Below, one piece after another: positions 60,627 to 64,000 of a DNA stretch of 64,000 bases (within the stretch, counting starts at the first letter, position 1; each line of letters opens with the position of its first letter). The notes beneath the pieces are model-generated. The model saw only the letters and a list, made by a program, of their open reading frames with translations, ran no database searches and was not told the DNA's origin. The stretch lies in NCBI GenBank assembly GCA_963796275.1, contig CAWCKY010000002.1:288001-352000 (forward strand). Direction: 5' to 3'. The stretch comes from an uncultured Acidobacteriota bacterium. GTDB taxonomy: Bacteria; Acidobacteriota; Blastocatellia; RBC074. Both the position numbers and the translations under genes were made by a program.

Positions 60627-62591
60627 ATGCGTGAGCGTTTTATTCTCGATCCACACCAGAATATTCTCTTCATCGACTTCGCCGGGCTGAGGATTGAAAG
60701 CCGGAATCAGGTTGATGAGATGCAGGAGATCATCCAGAGAATTTATCAGGATCACGGCCGCAGGTTCTATGCCATAGTCAATTACGAAGGCACGGAGATT
60801 ACACAAGAGATATTCGACTACTATGGAGAACGCATCAAGAAACTATACGATCTTTATGGGATCGCTACCGTCCGTTATTCATCCAGCGGATTCACGCGCT
60901 CAGTGCTGCGCTATCTGGGTGCGGCCAAGGATGTAGAATCCAATACATTTGCCACTCGCGCTGAAGCCATCCGCGCCATTCAGGAAGTGGAAGGCCGCAG
61001 CCGCGCTGAAGACGCCGCCTCCGCCTGGTCGATGTTGAACCCTGCTCGCAGCATTCTCGGTAAAATTCTTTCAGTCTGGTGCTCAACTTTATTTACGACA
61101 CTCGCAATTTATCTATTTTCAACCGGGGAAGTTTTCGCGATTTTCCTGGCGGCGTTCTTGTCGACTATATTTGTTTCCGCCGCCATTCTGTTTTACACCG
61201 TCGTCAAGCCGCTGTGGATGATGGAAAGGTTTGCGCGGCGGCTGATCGGCGGGGGCGCTTTCGAGCCTCTGAAATTCGCGGGGCAAGATGAACCCGGAAG
61301 ACTGGCGCTCGCTCTTAATGAAACGGGTAAACAACTGAAACGAGACATCGACCGGCTGAGCGGTTTGTATCACATCTCACTGTTAATCGGAGCCGGCACG
61401 GAGGTCAGCCGCGTTAGCGAATTATTGACGCGTAAGATCGCGCGGCTGCTCAATGCGGAAATATGCCTCATTCTGATCTACCACGAACGGGATCGATCGA
61501 TTCTCGCGCAACTACCCGGATTCGGTCTGAGCGACGATCGGTTAGATTTACGGCAGACGAAATTTGACGGAAATAGTATCGCTGCACATGTCATCAAAAC
61601 CGGAGAACCTTATCTGACCAACGATGCAAGGAATGATCCGCTCATCAATCAAGCTGCCGCAGAGCGTCTGGGTGCGCGCGAACTGCTCGCAGTTCCGCTG
61701 CAGGCGGGCGAGCATCGATTCGGGACGCTGGAAGTGATCAATAAACAGGGCGGTTTTCTCGAAGAAGACCGGCAGCTCGTGATTATCTTTGCATCGCAAG
61801 CCGCGCAACTCCTCGCCAACGCGCGACATTTGGAAAAAGAGAGACACCTGGCTCAGGAGTTGATTATCTCAGAACGACTCGCTGCCATCGGCGAACTGGT
61901 CGCGGGCGTGGCTCACGAAGTCCGCAATCCGCTCTGCGGCATCACGACGACTCTGAGCGCATTGACTCGCAAACTCGAAGACCGCGATGCCTTACGCCCC
62001 TTTCTCGATGTCATCGAAACCGAGGTCGATCATCTGAATCAGTTGATGGAACAGTTGCTTGAACATAGCAGCCCGGTCAGACTGAGCCCCGGAACCACTG
62101 ACATCCGCGATGTGATTGACGAGGCGATAAACGAATTCAGATCACAGGCCGAAGCAAAGAAAGTCAGATTGAAATTCGATTGTGCGATCGCAGTACCCGG
62201 GATGCGCATGGACCGCCGCAAAATGTATCGTGTTTTCACAAACCTCGTCGACAATGCGATTCAGCATACCGGCGAGAATGGCCTGGTGAGCATTACGATC
62301 GAAGAGAACGGCAGTTCAATGAACGGCTATGAAAACAAGCAGTTGCAAATCGAAGTCAGCGATACCGGCTGCGGTATTGCGCCGGAGGACATCGGCAGAA
62401 TATTCGAACCGTTCTTCACGACCCGCGCGAGAGGAACAGGGCTCGGGTTGGCGATCACGCGCAAAACAATACTCGATCACGGGGGCGCTATAACGGTGAA
62501 ATCGGAACGAGGTAAAGGAACTTCATTCTTTATAACATTGCCGCTGAAAAGTGAGTTGGCGGCCGTGAACGGTACGGACAATAGATTCTAG
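60627..62591 (+). CDS. Sensor histidine kinase (N-terminal cytoplasmic domain, 2 TM, HAMP, GAF, HisKA, HATPase)
   Basis: VAHEVRNPL, NLVDNA, DTGCGI, FEPFFTT, GTGLGL; start MRERF at 60627. Confidence 0.92.
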   Translation: MRERFILDPHQNILFIDFAGLRIESRNQVDEMQEIIQRIYQDHGRRFYAIVNYEGTEITQEIFDYYGERIKKLYDLYGIATVRYSSSGFTRSVLRYLGAAKDVESNTFATRAEAIRAIQEVEGRSRAEDAASAWSMLNPARSILGKILSVWCSTLFTTLAIYLFSTGEVFAIFLAAFLSTIFVSAAILFYTVVKPLWMMERFARRLIGGGAFEPLKFAGQDEPGRLALALNETGKQLKRDIDRLSGLYHISLLIGAGTEVSRVSELLTRKIARLLNAEICLILIYHERDRSILAQLPGFGLSDDRLDLRQTKFDGNSIAAHVIKTGEPYLTNDARNDPLINQAAAERLGARELLAVPLQAGEHRFGTLEVINKQGGFLEEDRQLVIIFASQAAQLLANARHLEKERHLAQELIISERLAAIGELVAGVAHEVRNPLCGITTTLSALTRKLEDRDALRPFLDVIETEVDHLNQLMEQLLEHSSPVRLSPGTTDIRDVIDEAINEFRSQAEAKKVRLKFDCAIAVPGMRMDRRKMYRVFTNLVDNAIQHTGENGLVSITIEENGSSMNGYENKQLQIEVSDTGCGIAPEDIGRIFEPFFTTRARGTGLGLAITRKTILDHGGAITVKSERGKGTSFFITLPLKSELAAVNGTDNRF

Positions 62592-62629
62592 CTGTACCAT
62601 CGCTACTCCGCGGTATATAGGTATCTGCA

Positions 62630-63985
62630 ATGTCAGCAAACGTGGACAAAATTCTGATCGTTGACGATCAACCTTCCGTAAGGTTCGGGTTGCGCAGTCT
62701 ACTCGAAACCGAAGGTTATCGCGTGCTCGAGGCTGAAACTGGTGAAGGGGCGCTTGCAAATATAACCGAGCATGCGCCTCAACTTATCCTGCTCGACCTG
62801 AGGCTTCCAGACGCCGACGGGATTACGCTTCTGCCGCGCATACGAGCGATCGATGATGAAGCCCCGATCATCATCCTGACCGCTCACGGCACCATCGAAA
62901 CAGCGATCCACGCGTTGAAGAGCGGAGCCGAGAATTTCCTGACCAAACCGTTCGACGCTGACAGCCTCCTGATCCTGATCGCCCGGACGCTTGAACAGAG
63001 CCGTGCGCGCCGCGATCGAAGGTTGATCGGTCTCGCGCAGGAACAAGTCGCGGCCGAGTACTTTCTCGGCCATAGCGAATCGATCAAAAACATTCATACA
63101 ACGATCGAGAAGCTGGCGTCATCGGAGACAACGGTCTTGTTGCAGGGCGAGACAGGAACCGGCAAGGGGATGGTCGCCAATTTGATACACCGCCTGAGCG
63201 AACGCCGGGATAAACCCTTTGTGGCGATCAACTGTGCGGGATTAAGCAAAGACCTGCTCGAATCGGAACTATTCGGCCACGAGAAGGGCGCATTCACCGG
63301 CGCGGTGGCCAATAAGGCCGGGCTGTTCGAGCTTGCTCATCATGGCACGATCTTTTTCGACGAGATCACAGAGATGGAGCCGGCGATTCAGGCGCGGCTC
63401 CTCAACGTGCTCGAACAGAAAAGGTTCCGCCGCGTCGGCGGTGTGCAGGAGAAGGAGGTCGCCGTGCGCATTATCGCCGCGACCAATCGCAATCTGCAGG
63501 GCGAAGTCAAACGCGGACGGTTCCGCGAAGACCTTTTTTACCGTCTGAATGTAATGCCGATCATACTCCCACCTCTGCGCGAACGGCGCGAAGACATCCT
63601 GCCACTCGCCGCGCATTTCATCGAACACTTCAATAAACGGCTCAATCGGCGAGTGCTGGAAGCGACGCCGAAGGCCGAAACGCTGCTCGCCGATTACAAT
63701 TGGCCCGGCAACATCCGCGAACTACGCAACATCGTCGAACGCGCGATGATACTGTGCGGGGGCGAACGTATTCACGCGACCGATCTTCCATTAGGCGGCG
63801 CGGGCCCGAACGAAAACGACAGTGAAGAGTTTCTTTCGCTGGACGAAATTGAATGCTTACACATCCGGCGCGTGCTCGAAGCCACCGAACGCAACCTAAG
63901 CCGAACCGCCGACATCCTCGGGATAACCCGCACCACTCTTTACAATAAATTGCGGAAATATAACCTCGACGATCAACCTGTCTAA
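62630..63985 (+). CDS. Sigma54-dependent NtrC/AtoC-family response regulator
   Basis: Receiver (VDD, LLDL, KP), GETGTGK, ESELFGHEKGAFTGA, WPGNIREL, Fis HTH. Confidence 0.95.
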   Translation: MSANVDKILIVDDQPSVRFGLRSLLETEGYRVLEAETGEGALANITEHAPQLILLDLRLPDADGITLLPRIRAIDDEAPIIILTAHGTIETAIHALKSGAENFLTKPFDADSLLILIARTLEQSRARRDRRLIGLAQEQVAAEYFLGHSESIKNIHTTIEKLASSETTVLLQGETGTGKGMVANLIHRLSERRDKPFVAINCAGLSKDLLESELFGHEKGAFTGAVANKAGLFELAHHGTIFFDEITEMEPAIQARLLNVLEQKRFRRVGGVQEKEVAVRIIAATNRNLQGEVKRGRFREDLFYRLNVMPIILPPLRERREDILPLAAHFIEHFNKRLNRRVLEATPKAETLLADYNWPGNIRELRNIVERAMILCGGERIHATDLPLGGAGPNENDSEEFLSLDEIECLHIRRVLEATERNLSRTADILGITRTTLYNKLRKYNLDDQPV

Positions 63986-64000
63986 AATTTAAACACTGAC

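Noticed and set aside
1-64000. tRNA or rRNA genes, prophage, cas genes
   Set aside because: None recognised by eye; the amidase has no neighbouring phage genes.

Overview
Bacterial chromosomal window, most likely from Acidobacteriota (Blastocatellia-like). This is inferred from the PadR-ADOP permease pairs, three Oar-type TonB-dependent receptors, the DUF6600-type protein and a large modular M36 protease. It opens with a grpE-dnaJ-cbpM-clpB-usp stress cluster. A long accessory region follows, holding secreted peptidases, a nuclease and hydrolases, copCD, an aminotransferase, a glycolipid glycosyltransferase and several eroded genes. The window ends with a sigma54 two-component system. The standout is a complete non-autonomous IS200/IS605-type OMEGA element (8578..10214) carrying iscB with intact catalytic motifs and its omegaRNA. 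It sits exactly between the Shine-Dalgarno sequence and the ATG of a host gene (reconstructed empty site GGAGGAAGCT|ATGAAG). The inferred TAM (ATGAA) is the host start codon, the guide is the host 5'UTR/RBS, and the element end supplies a replacement GAGGT ribosome-binding site overlapping the iscB stop codon. A second, covarying copy of that element end lies about 3.8 kb away. All family assignments come from reading motifs by eye; no database searches were run.
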